IMG/VR virus record: IMGVR_UViG_2890766748_000002 | Location: 1-64,000 of that record | Source: a virus | Lineage: Duplodnaviria; Caudoviricetes | Length of the DNA: 64,000 bases | Direction: 5' to 3' (one strand) | Shown: positions 46,465 to 55,900 of the stretch, piece by piece | How the letters are laid out: each line of letters starts with the position of its first letter | How positions within the stretch are numbered: the stretch's first letter is position 1 | The notes under the pieces: model-generated | What the model saw: the letters and a program-made list of their open reading frames with translations, nothing else | Told to the model about the DNA's origin: nothing | Database searches by the model: none | Program-made: the position numbers and the translations under genes

Positions 46465-47812
46465 CTTTCTGCCCGCTTCGATTTTCAAAGGCTATCCGGT
46501 ACCGGATGGCTGTTTTGTTGTTCCTGACGTCTTCATTCCTCATCTGTTCGACAAATCTCCGGTTCAAATCTGGTATGGCAGCCGGTTTTCGGCCAAGAGC
46601 TACACGAAGGCGCAAGAGCTGATTGGCCGCTGCTGTGGTAAGGAGTACTTCCGGGGTATCTATGCGCGACAGAACCGGGAGGATGTAAAGAATAGCCAGT
46701 TTCAGCTATTCAAAGACACGATTAAAAAGCGGCCCTGGCTCGACCGGCAATTCGACGTTCGCGATTCGGATTATGTGATTGAGAACAAGATCACCGGCAA
46801 CAAGTTGATTCCGGGATCATTCGACCAGCCGCAAAAGATCATGTCGATTGCCGATCCTACCGATATCTGGGTAGAGGAGCCGATCACCCGGAAAGGGGAA
46901 ATCAAACGAACCGACTTCTTTGATATGTTCGGTTCGCTGCGGAATCCCTACGGCGTACAGCCACGGTTTCACTTTACGTTTAACCCGATATCCATTTACA
47001 GCTGGATATACACTGATTTCTTTGAAAAGAAGTCGATACCCAGTAACCGGGTGCTGGCCAATTACGACGATAACCCGTTCTGTCCGCAGTCGGCATTTGA
47101 TTTCTTCTCCTGGCTTCAGGATGTCGATCCGGAGCGGTACCTGATCGATGCAAAAGGTAAGTGGGGTGTACCCAAACCGGACAACCCATACTTCCACAAA
47201 CTCAATCCGGCCAAGCATTTCGCCAAGGTGCAGTACGATCCCAGGCTCCCGGTGTACCTGTCCTTCGACTTTAACGTCCGCAACAGCTGCATCGTCAGGC
47301 AAAAACAGGACGGCTCGCCGAAGTACCTCAAGGAGTTCTACATGGCCAGCGGTGCGGGATTCGATCTGGAAAGCCTGTGCCGGGAGATTGCGTTTCTGTA
47401 TGGCAAAAACATGCTGATGTTTACCGGCGACGGATCCGGCAACAGCCGCTCGGCGTACACCACCGGCAACATGTCGGCCTGGCAGCTCATCGAAGGCTAC
47501 ATGAAAAAGTACGGCGCGCCGTATACGGACTGGAGTGCCGTACCTCGCTCCAATGTGGAAACCGATAACAGCCGGTTTATCTGTAATGCCCTCATCAATG
47601 AATTTAAGGATTTCACCATCGATCCGGAAGGTTGCCCGGTGCTGGTTTCGGATGTGTTGCGCATGAAAGCCGCCACCGATGGCAAGTTAGACAAGGCAGA
47701 TTGTAACAAGCATGATTACGGTCACGTCGGTGACTGCCTGCGGTACGACCTCGCCAATTTCGAGTTCAGCACGTTTCAACGGCTCGGCAACGGGCTTCAT
47801 AACTCTAATTAG
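46454..47812 (+). CDS. terL: Terminase large subunit (PBSX-like)
   Basis: GSRFSAKS, IWVEE, TFNP, SFDFN, GDGSG, HVGDCLRY. Confidence 0.9.
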   Translation: MTINFLPASIFKGYPVPDGCFVVPDVFIPHLFDKSPVQIWYGSRFSAKSYTKAQELIGRCCGKEYFRGIYARQNREDVKNSQFQLFKDTIKKRPWLDRQFDVRDSDYVIENKITGNKLIPGSFDQPQKIMSIADPTDIWVEEPITRKGEIKRTDFFDMFGSLRNPYGVQPRFHFTFNPISIYSWIYTDFFEKKSIPSNRVLANYDDNPFCPQSAFDFFSWLQDVDPERYLIDAKGKWGVPKPDNPYFHKLNPAKHFAKVQYDPRLPVYLSFDFNVRNSCIVRQKQDGSPKYLKEFYMASGAGFDLESLCREIAFLYGKNMLMFTGDGSGNSRSAYTTGNMSAWQLIEGYMKKYGAPYTDWSAVPRSNVETDNSRFICNALINEFKDFTIDPEGCPVLVSDVLRMKAATDGKLDKADCNKHDYGHVGDCLRYDLANFEFSTFQRLGNGLHNSN

Positions 47813-47844
47813 TACCCCCGCATCGGCGGTCCGACGTAATCTGT

Positions 47845-48105
47845 ATGAAAAAAGCTCTTCACAACCTGATTCAGTACCTGCTGCTGGCCATTGGCGTTCT
47901 GGCGGCTATTTCCAACATCGCTCACGAGCTGGGCGTCTGGTCGAAGGATTCCAGCGACTGGGTATTCTACCTCTGGATTCTGCTACCGCTGTGGGGAACC
48001 GTCGGCGTGGTAGATCTGCTGCTGGTGGCCTGGGCGATCGGCAAAGCATGGAGCGGGCTGGCGTCACTGTTAACCGGTTCCGAGGAGGAACGCTACTACC
48101 TATGA
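47845..48105 (+). CDS. Small protein with two TM helices
   Basis: Two hydrophobic helices. Confidence 0.65.
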   Translation: MKKALHNLIQYLLLAIGVLAAISNIAHELGVWSKDSSDWVFYLWILLPLWGTVGVVDLLLVAWAIGKAWSGLASLLTGSEEERYYL

Positions 48106-48410
48106 GATCACGTGACATCCTGCGGATGTATAACCAGATCAGCCACATCACGGCCGACAGCAACTACAGCCGGGTGTACCTCACCGACGGTCGGATGTTC
48201 CTCTACGGCAAATTGCTGCTGCACTGGGAAGCCGAGCTTTCGGGTTTCAACTTCTTCCGGATTCACAAGTCTCACCTGGTCAATATGGATCATGTGAAGC
48301 TTGCGCCGGTTGAATTGGCGCAAAAGACCATACGCATCCCGGTGAAAGGCGAATTGCTACCGGTTGCCCGGCGAATCAAACCTGCATTTTTAACCCATTT
48401 CAAATCATAG
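48102..48410 (+). CDS. Stand-alone LytTR DNA-binding domain protein
   Basis: ADSNYS, FFRIHKSHLVN, LPVARR; ATGA overlap. Confidence 0.9.
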   Translation: MRSRDILRMYNQISHITADSNYSRVYLTDGRMFLYGKLLLHWEAELSGFNFFRIHKSHLVNMDHVKLAPVELAQKTIRIPVKGELLPVARRIKPAFLTHFKS

Positions 48411-48413
48411 CGT

Positions 48414-49097
48414 ATGGAAATTCTATCTGATAAACTGACTGCCATTCAGTTCAATGGGCTGGATGATTACAACAGAATCTTTAAATGGATGTGGGATGAG
48501 GGTAACACCTACGCACTGGCTGGCGAGGTGCAGTACCGGCATCCAATTCTGTTACTGCCTGGACCTAAAGGCACAATGGCAGCTTCGCCGGGTGATTACG
48601 TCGTTCGGGACGAGAATGAAGGCGGTAATTTCTTTGTATGCCGCCCGGATGAATTCGCTAGATTGACTCAGCCAATGACTGATGATCAGTTATCGGTTCT
48701 CGAACAGCTACGAAGCTACGATCCAGTGAGCGCAGAAGCGGTTGAAGAATTCCACCGACTGGCTAAGTCGACCAAAAACGAAGCCGCCAAAACCATCCTG
48801 AATTACCTCGTTTCTGGTTTCCTGTCGACCGTCGATCAGGAGTTCACGCCCTGGCTGACGCCTTTTGACAAACCGGGTGACAATGCCGGGGTCATCAAAG
48901 GATATGGCAATGTTGGCGATATCGCTTACGTCAAAGTTGACGGTGAGAAGTATGGCGTTTGGTACACCAACAACTTCATTTACCGCCTGCGGTTCCTGAT
49001 GACTGGCAGACTGGCTGTTGGTTATCCGGTATCGGTTTTCGCGCACTGCATCCGGTTGGATGTAGAGGAAATGGGAATCATCATTAACGAAGGCTAA
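48414..49097 (+). CDS. Phage hypothetical protein
   Basis: GTMAASPGDYVVR...FFVCRPDEF motif common in phage proteins. Confidence 0.7.
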   Translation: MEILSDKLTAIQFNGLDDYNRIFKWMWDEGNTYALAGEVQYRHPILLLPGPKGTMAASPGDYVVRDENEGGNFFVCRPDEFARLTQPMTDDQLSVLEQLRSYDPVSAEAVEEFHRLAKSTKNEAAKTILNYLVSGFLSTVDQEFTPWLTPFDKPGDNAGVIKGYGNVGDIAYVKVDGEKYGVWYTNNFIYRLRFLMTGRLAVGYPVSVFAHCIRLDVEEMGIIINEG

Positions 49098-49098
49098 G

Positions 49099-50073
49099 AT
49101 GACAAACCCATTTAAAAAGCTCGTCGGCCTGAAAGGCATCGCCACTGCCGACAGCTACGTCAATGACCTGCCCGGTCTTTCGGTCGAGCTGGTCGATGCC
49201 CTGACCTCCGAATCTGACGATGAGGAGGATGTGCCCGCGCTGGAGGTCTGGAACCGCATTCATAACGCGGCTTTCGACCGGCTGGAATCCGAGATCGTGG
49301 GTTGCCTGTCGGCGGATTCAACCTTCACCTCGCTGATTGCCCGTACCTGCGAGGTTGAGCCGATCGATGGGTTGCCAACAACGCCGGTTGCACAGTACGA
49401 AGGTGTGCATATCAGGACACCGACTTCGCCCAACAGCCGGGTACGGCTCATGAACCTGGTATTCATGGCCGAAATCAACGCAAACGTCACGGCAACGCTG
49501 ATTGTAGCCGATACCCGGCGCGGTACGGTTTTGAAGCATCAGGAGGTAATCGTTGTTCCCGGTGTGAACATCATTCCGATCGGATATGATTACCCGCTAC
49601 CGATACTGGAAACGCCCCAGCTGTTTGTGGGGATCAATGCGGAGGAACTGGCTTTTTTGCCCCTGTCACCCGCTACATGGAGCGTCACCTCGACCGCTTA
49701 CCACATCGAACCGGCCTACTTTGCTGGTATCACCACGTTGGGACTGGGCATTCCCAACTACTTCTACCTCGAAGCCGAACACCAGCGTACCATCACTTCC
49801 GTCATTCCACGGTTTGCAGATCAACTGCGGCTGGCCTACATGTACCTCTGCGGTTCGCTGCTGATGACTGAGAAGCTGGGTTCGGTCAACTTCAACCTGT
49901 TCACCAGCACCAACCGGGATTTCACCATCGAGCAGGAAGAGAAGCTGATGAAAGATTTCAAGTCGGCCGTCAAGCCGGTGGCTCGATTGATCAAACAGCA
50001 CCTGCTGGCCAGCGGCAACCTGCAACGCGCATCGGATACCGAGTCAGGATACGAAGAGGGAAGCTATGTCTAA
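49099..50073 (+). CDS. Probable head-tail adaptor
   Basis: VNDLPGLS N-terminus; YLCGSLLMTE...S.NFN..T C-terminus. Confidence 0.55.
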   Translation: MTNPFKKLVGLKGIATADSYVNDLPGLSVELVDALTSESDDEEDVPALEVWNRIHNAAFDRLESEIVGCLSADSTFTSLIARTCEVEPIDGLPTTPVAQYEGVHIRTPTSPNSRVRLMNLVFMAEINANVTATLIVADTRRGTVLKHQEVIVVPGVNIIPIGYDYPLPILETPQLFVGINAEELAFLPLSPATWSVTSTAYHIEPAYFAGITTLGLGIPNYFYLEAEHQRTITSVIPRFADQLRLAYMYLCGSLLMTEKLGSVNFNLFTSTNRDFTIEQEEKLMKDFKSAVKPVARLIKQHLLASGNLQRASDTESGYEEGSYV

Positions 50074-50365
50074 CCTTAAAACGATAACCTACGACCTGGG
50101 AATCGACAATGTACCTCCCATCCCCGGTGAATACCTGGTGAGTGTTGGCAAGCGGGGGATAGGGTCAGTATGGTACATCAAAGAGGTTCGGAAAGTCAAT
50201 TCCAAAGTTGTTCGGGACTATACCCGATACGCTTTAAAGGTCATCCATACCCCCGAAATGAAGGAATTCACTGTGCTTGAAGGTGATATGTACGAAAGCT
50301 GGGTTTGGGTACGGGGGCAGGAAGCCCATCCGTGCGTCTGGTATCCAAGAGGCAAAAAGTTATGA
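50066..50365 (+). CDS. Hypothetical protein
   Basis: Overlapping ORF chain. Confidence 0.65.
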   Translation: MSNLKTITYDLGIDNVPPIPGEYLVSVGKRGIGSVWYIKEVRKVNSKVVRDYTRYALKVIHTPEMKEFTVLEGDMYESWVWVRGQEAHPCVWYPRGKKL

Positions 50366-50619
50366 TGGATGCAACGGATTTTGAGTCAAAAGGATTGGAG
50401 TTGCTGGTTTTCGCCGAGCAATTCAAGTGGATCTGCGTATCCAGTGATGGGCATTCGTGCCGGGTGTCATTCGTTGACGAAACCCGAATGATCAGGGTAG
50501 ATATCTACACCTCAAAAATGACGGTTTGCATGGTTCGGAAGGGCGAAAAGCCGAGGTATTTCAAGAATCAGACGCTAGATCAAATCAAGCAACTATTTAA
50601 AAACCCCTATACAAAATGA
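50362..50619 (+). CDS. Hypothetical protein
   Basis: ATGA overlaps at both ends. Confidence 0.65.
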   Translation: MMDATDFESKGLELLVFAEQFKWICVSSDGHSCRVSFVDETRMIRVDIYTSKMTVCMVRKGEKPRYFKNQTLDQIKQLFKNPYTK

Positions 50620-51050
50620 CTGAAAGACGCCCTATAAATCATGCCAGGCCGACACGCATCATTGCCATTGATTTCGATGGAACCTGTGTTGGTCACGAAT
50701 TCCCGCTGATCGGCAAAGAGGTGCCGTTTTGTGTCAATGTCTTGAAAAAGCTTGTAGAGGCTAATTGCGCTCTGATTCTTTTCACCATGCGCAGTGAAGA
50801 GCATTTGGTTCGGGCAGAGCAATGGTTCGCGGAACGTGAGATTCCGCTATGGGGGTCGAATGTGAACCCAGACCAGAAGTCGTGGACATTATCCCCCAAG
50901 GTTTATGCCCATGATTATATCGACGATGCGGCTTTCGGTTGTCCGTTGATTCACGATACCTCATTTGCGGAACGTCCATATGTGGATTGGCAAAAGGTAG
51001 ATGAATACTATTCGCAGTTCGCCTGGTATGGTATCAAACTAAATCCATAG
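50616..51050 (+). CDS. HAD-superfamily hydrolase (BT0820-like)
   Basis: IAIDFDGT, ILFTMR, KVYAHDYIDD. Confidence 0.88.
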   Translation: MTERRPINHARPTRIIAIDFDGTCVGHEFPLIGKEVPFCVNVLKKLVEANCALILFTMRSEEHLVRAEQWFAEREIPLWGSNVNPDQKSWTLSPKVYAHDYIDDAAFGCPLIHDTSFAERPYVDWQKVDEYYSQFAWYGIKLNP

Positions 51051-51060
51051 GTGATCTGAC

Positions 51061-51531
51061 ATGTTCAACTTCGATTCCAACGCCGAAGAGGTCTTCGCCC
51101 GGTTGCAAAAGGTCGTTCAACGCGCCGAGGCTGGTTTAGGTACCAACCTGAAGATTTCAGCCCACGACGCACTGGCCCTCATCGCCAACCGGGTGCAGCA
51201 ACGTGGTCAGAACGCTTCCGGTGCCCGGATGCAGACGAAGGCGACGCTACGAAACGGCGTGTATTCGAAACGGCATTCCGCTCGTCGGTCGGCTCGCGGC
51301 CGTCAGGTCAACCACATCGACTTTACGTTGGAAGGCGACCTGTTTCGCAACTGGCAGCTGCTGAGAACCGAGCCAAAGGAGGTGATGATCGGGTTTCTGG
51401 CGGATGATGCCGCTGATCTGGCGGGATATCTGGAGGAGTACTTCGGACCGGTGTTCAAGTTATCGCCGTCGGAAGAGAATCAGGTGATTGACGGATTTAT
51501 TGACCGTGTAATTGAGGATATAATGCTTTAA
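51061..51531 (+). CDS. Neck/tail-completion (virion morphogenesis) protein
   Basis: YSKRH...GRQVNHIDFTLEGDL...FKLSPSE. Confidence 0.7.
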   Translation: MFNFDSNAEEVFARLQKVVQRAEAGLGTNLKISAHDALALIANRVQQRGQNASGARMQTKATLRNGVYSKRHSARRSARGRQVNHIDFTLEGDLFRNWQLLRTEPKEVMIGFLADDAADLAGYLEEYFGPVFKLSPSEENQVIDGFIDRVIEDIML

Positions 51532-51535
51532 ACCC

Positions 51536-52072
51536 ATGATTCAGGAAACAATCGACGAAATCAACAGCCTGTTGCTGGCCTCCTTCAGCGAAGCGCAAAA
51601 GCTGAAAGACATCCAGCTGCACGGCGTGGCCATGCCGGTGCATGATCAACAGGCGAAAGGCGAGCGGCTGGTATTGCTGCTGGAAGAAAAACAACCGCGG
51701 CTGGTCCTCAACAACAAGTCGTTCTGGCAATCGGCTCACCTGGTCAGCGGGGGCTACCCGGCGATCAGTTCCGATTACGGCACCTTCAAATCCCACACCT
51801 ATGACATGTCGATGGTGCTCATCTGTTGCTGCAAACGGGCGTCGGGTCTTGCTCACGCACTGGCGGTACTGGAGAATGTCAGCAACATCCGGATCGAACG
51901 GTTTGAGAACAACACGCTGGACGTCCTTCGGAGTTTCTGGCGGCAACCGGTGAGCGACGAGAAGGGCTACGATCCGAACTGGTGGGCGATGGCCATCCGG
52001 TACCAGATCATTGGCGTCTCAGGTACCGAGTTCGCTGATTTCTACAACGTGTTAGACGAGGTAACTATATGA
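51536..52072 (+). CDS. Probable tail terminator
   Basis: Position and size. Confidence 0.5.
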   Translation: MIQETIDEINSLLLASFSEAQKLKDIQLHGVAMPVHDQQAKGERLVLLLEEKQPRLVLNNKSFWQSAHLVSGGYPAISSDYGTFKSHTYDMSMVLICCCKRASGLAHALAVLENVSNIRIERFENNTLDVLRSFWRQPVSDEKGYDPNWWAMAIRYQIIGVSGTEFADFYNVLDEVTI

Positions 52073-52824
52073 TTAAAGCTTTTCAAGACGCACTCGAAGC
52101 CGGTCACATCGAACCGGCAGTACTGCCGGACGGCAAGCCGTTTGTAATCAATGGGGTGCAGTACTATCAGGCGACCGATGGCGGGATCAACATGGCCATG
52201 GGCCGGTTTCATTCGTTTGGTGACACTTTACGCAAACACGACAGCCTGAAGCTAAGCGATGAGGTGCTAACCACCGCGCTGGATACGATGTATGACCAGC
52301 TGCGCACGGCCAGTGCCCAGATCGGCTTGGACCCCGAACAGGCTCAGGACAACATCCGCTACGCCCTGACGACCATCGAGCGCATTAAACAGCGCCGGGA
52401 GTTCGGGTTGGATGTCACCCAGGTGTATGACATCGCTTCGATCTTCTTTTTCAGTGAGAAGGAAGATCCGGCGTCCGTCGATCCGGCGACCAACCGGGCG
52501 AAGATCATCAGCTGGATGCCCTATCCGTGGCTTTATCGTTTTTTTTTGAGCATGCCGCTGGGCCAATACGTACCCTTGCAGCAGCTTGCCGCCGTCGATA
52601 CCCTGACGTTTATGAGCAATCTGAATCTACAGGAGTATCTGGATTGGAAAATAACCCTGTTGAAGTCCTCTGCGCATGGATTGATGCCCGCTACGATATC
52701 CACTATAAAATCGCGGATGGAGACCCTGCAAAACTCGGATGGCTTGATCGATGCACTGTTGAACAGTACCACAACTACGCAGCCGCCTGGATCCGGGAGC
52801 AACGGCGAAAAGCAGCCGAATTAG
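52069..52824 (+). CDS. Tail assembly chaperone (G-like)
   Basis: Upstream of the tape measure gene; T9 slippery run at 52539-52547. Confidence 0.65.
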   Translation: MIKAFQDALEAGHIEPAVLPDGKPFVINGVQYYQATDGGINMAMGRFHSFGDTLRKHDSLKLSDEVLTTALDTMYDQLRTASAQIGLDPEQAQDNIRYALTTIERIKQRREFGLDVTQVYDIASIFFFSEKEDPASVDPATNRAKIISWMPYPWLYRFFLSMPLGQYVPLQQLAAVDTLTFMSNLNLQEYLDWKITLLKSSAHGLMPATISTIKSRMETLQNSDGLIDALLNSTTTTQPPGSGSNGEKQPN

Positions 52825-52868
52825 AACGCCTTACCGCCAAAAGCAAACAACCTACACTTGAAGAGTAA
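52539..52868 (+). CDS. Putative -1 frameshift extension (GT-like)
   Basis: Open -1 frame ending IADGDPAKLGWLDRCTVEQYHNY... Confidence 0.5.
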   Translation, partial: FFFEHAAGPIRTLAAACRRRYPDVYEQSESTGVSGLENNPVEVLCAWIDARYDIHYKIADGDPAKLGWLDRCTVEQYHNYAAAWIREQRRKAAELERLTAKSKQPTLEE

Positions 52869-52910
52869 CCCAGAATCGGACATTCAAACCACTACTTACC
52901 GTAACTCGTA

Positions 52911-55900
52911 ATGTCCGTACGTGAAGAGAATATCAGACTCCGCATTCAGGCCAGCTCTGAACTGCCGGTGGTCAATGATCAGTTCAACGAACTGCTCAAA
53001 TTGTCGCGCCTGGTTGCGCAGCAAATCGCTATCCAGACCGGCGAGATGCGCGCTCAGTCCGAATCGCAAATCAAGGCGATCGGCGGTGTTACCGATGCGC
53101 TGAAGTCCCAGCGCGCGACTGTGCAGCAACACGATACCGACGTTAAAAATGCCGGGAAATCCTACGATGATCTGGGTAAGCAAGTTCGGAACTTCGCAAC
53201 ACTGGTTGGCACCGCCTTCACCCTCAACGAGATTAAAAGTTTTGGCATGGAAGTCATCGACGCCAAAACAAAGATTGATTCTTTAAAAATCGCGCTGGAT
53301 GTCATGCTCGGTTCGAAAAAGGAATCCACAGCCCTATTTAATGACATCGTTGCTCTGGCCAAAAAGACGCCGTTTACGCTGGATGAGGTTGCGGAGAATG
53401 TCGTCAAATTAAAGGCCTACAATATTTCCACCAAAGACCTTATACCTACCGTCGAAGCCCTTGGGAACATGGCTGCGGCTGTCGGAAAGGAAAAATTGCC
53501 TCAACTTACGCTGGCATATGGTCAGGTAATGAACATGGGTAAACTCATGGGAACCGAAACCCGTCAATTCGTGGAGGCTGGCATTCCTTTATATGACCTT
53601 TTGGCCGATTCGATGAAAAAGCCGAAGGACGAAGTAATCAAACTCGCTCAGGCTCATAAAATCATGGCATCCGATGTGCAAAAGGCAGTGATGGAAACGT
53701 CGGAGGTTGGAGGTCGGTTCTATAACATGATGGGGTTGCAGAGCAAGACTCTGGGCGGCCAGGTTTCCAATTTGTCAGATACTTTTTTTATTGCCAAAGC
53801 TCGAATCGGCGACTTTTTTGAGGATGAGTTAAAGGCTGGTATTAAAACCACAGGGGACCTGATAACGGCTTTGATTGGTTCGGATAATGCGATTAAGAGA
53901 ACGGTAACAAGCATATCCGCTATCATTTCCGCATTTACGACATGGCGTTTGGCCACGATCGCCCAGAATACCGCGTCCACTGCTTTAAATGTTGTCAAGG
54001 CAACAGCTCAGGTGGTCTATGGGGCTTATTTGCTGGTTGTCCAACGAGTAACGACCCAACAAAACACCCTGACCGCAGCGCAACTTGCCGCTACCACGGC
54101 GACACGTGGATTGTGGGCTGCACTTTCCGCTAATCCGCTCGGTTTGATTGTTTCAATCATCGGTACGGTTATAACCGGTATTCTGGCACTTGATGCGGCT
54201 ACGCAGGATGTAACCGCTACGATGGGCGAGATGGAGTATCAGGTTAAAAAGGAGCAATCCGAATTGATGGGTCTGGCTCAGCGGGCTATGTCAGCCGCTG
54301 AAGGAACATCACTTCGGAAAGAGGCCCTTGAAATGTTGATTGCCAAATATCCCGAATATTTCCGGGGCCTGGATTCGGAGAAGACCAGCAACAGCCAGCT
54401 TAAAAAGATTCTGGATCAGGTCAATATCAGCTATCAGGAACGGATCGACCTCGCACGCGATGCCTACAAAGTCGAATCGCTGACCGCCAAACAGCGTGAG
54501 CTATTTGAGAAAGAAGCGGCCTTGATTGCCAAATTGCCGCAGGATGTTCAGAACATGATCGGGGGGAGCCTAAAAAATCTCATCGAAATGTGGCAAAAGG
54601 GCATGATTCAAGGTTCTGAGGCATTCCGAAATGAAAGCCGGGACTTGATGGACAAGGTTTTCGGACTCAACCGACAGATATCGCTGGAAACAATCAACGA
54701 AATCATTAATGGTCAGCAGAAAGTTCAACTTGAACTCGGTAAGTCGGGCGAAAAAATCAAGTCTCAGAAAGATAAGGAGCGAATTGCGGAAACAGGGGCA
54801 ATCAACGCACATTACGAGGTATTGCGACAACAAGCTGACGGTAATTCGAAAGAGATTATCCGTCTTAATGCAGCCGAAAAGATCGAGATCGCAAAGGCGA
54901 ATGGTACCTACCGTGAAAAAGAGCGGGTAGCAAGTGAGGATGATGATAAAAATAAAAAAATACGGGTTTCGCAAACCGAAATTGATATTCGTAAACTAAA
55001 GGAGAAAGAGGGAGAACTTACCCTCGAAGATAAGAAGAGGCTACTCGACCTTGAAGAGAAGCTGGACATTGAAAATATCCAGAAATCAAAGCTAAATCTA
55101 ATTGCCAAGCAAAAGGCAGTTGAGGTTGTGATAGCTGAGTATGCTCCCCGAAAAGCCGCTCTCGAAATAGAGTTCGAAGCCAAAAAGAACGAAGGGTTAA
55201 TTGAAAAAGAAAAGGAGCTTCAAAATCAGATTGAAGTCCTTACTGCTCAACGACTGGAAGCGGAGCGGATTCTTGTCAAGTTGCAAACCGCTAATACCGA
55301 AGAAGAGCGCCGGGCGGTAATCGCCGAATTCGGGAAGAAAATAACTGATGATGTCAAAGCGCAGGCCGTAGAACGACTTAAGGCTCAGCGTGATGCTTCC
55401 TTGTCCGAGTTGGATGTGATTTTTGCGAATCAGGGATTAAAGAGCGAGGCCTACCACAAAGCCTACATAAAATACCTTGAAGATGATAAGCAGTACCAAA
55501 CTGCTTTACTGAATCAGACCAAAGAAGCGGGTCAGTCCACGATTCAGGTAATGTCTGAAACCGAGAAAAAGATTCAGGCACTCCAGAAAGAAACCGCTGA
55601 GATCGAAAAGGAAAATATCGAAAAAGGCCGTCGATATAGACAGGAGGCCATTCAGGGCATTGTATCGCTGCTGGGTAATGTAAACCCTGTTGTTTCCCAA
55701 TTCGCAAACGGGATACTGTCGGTAATGAACAACATGGATTTGTTGTCGGGGAAAAGCAGGGAAGAGGCCGAAACCAGGGTGAATGACCTTAAGCAAACAT
55801 TGGCTTCGCTCGAAATACTACGGAGTGAGCACGCGACCCGATCGAAAGAGCAAACCGAAAAAACGGAGCAGGATATAGCAAAAACCACAAAAGACCTGGC

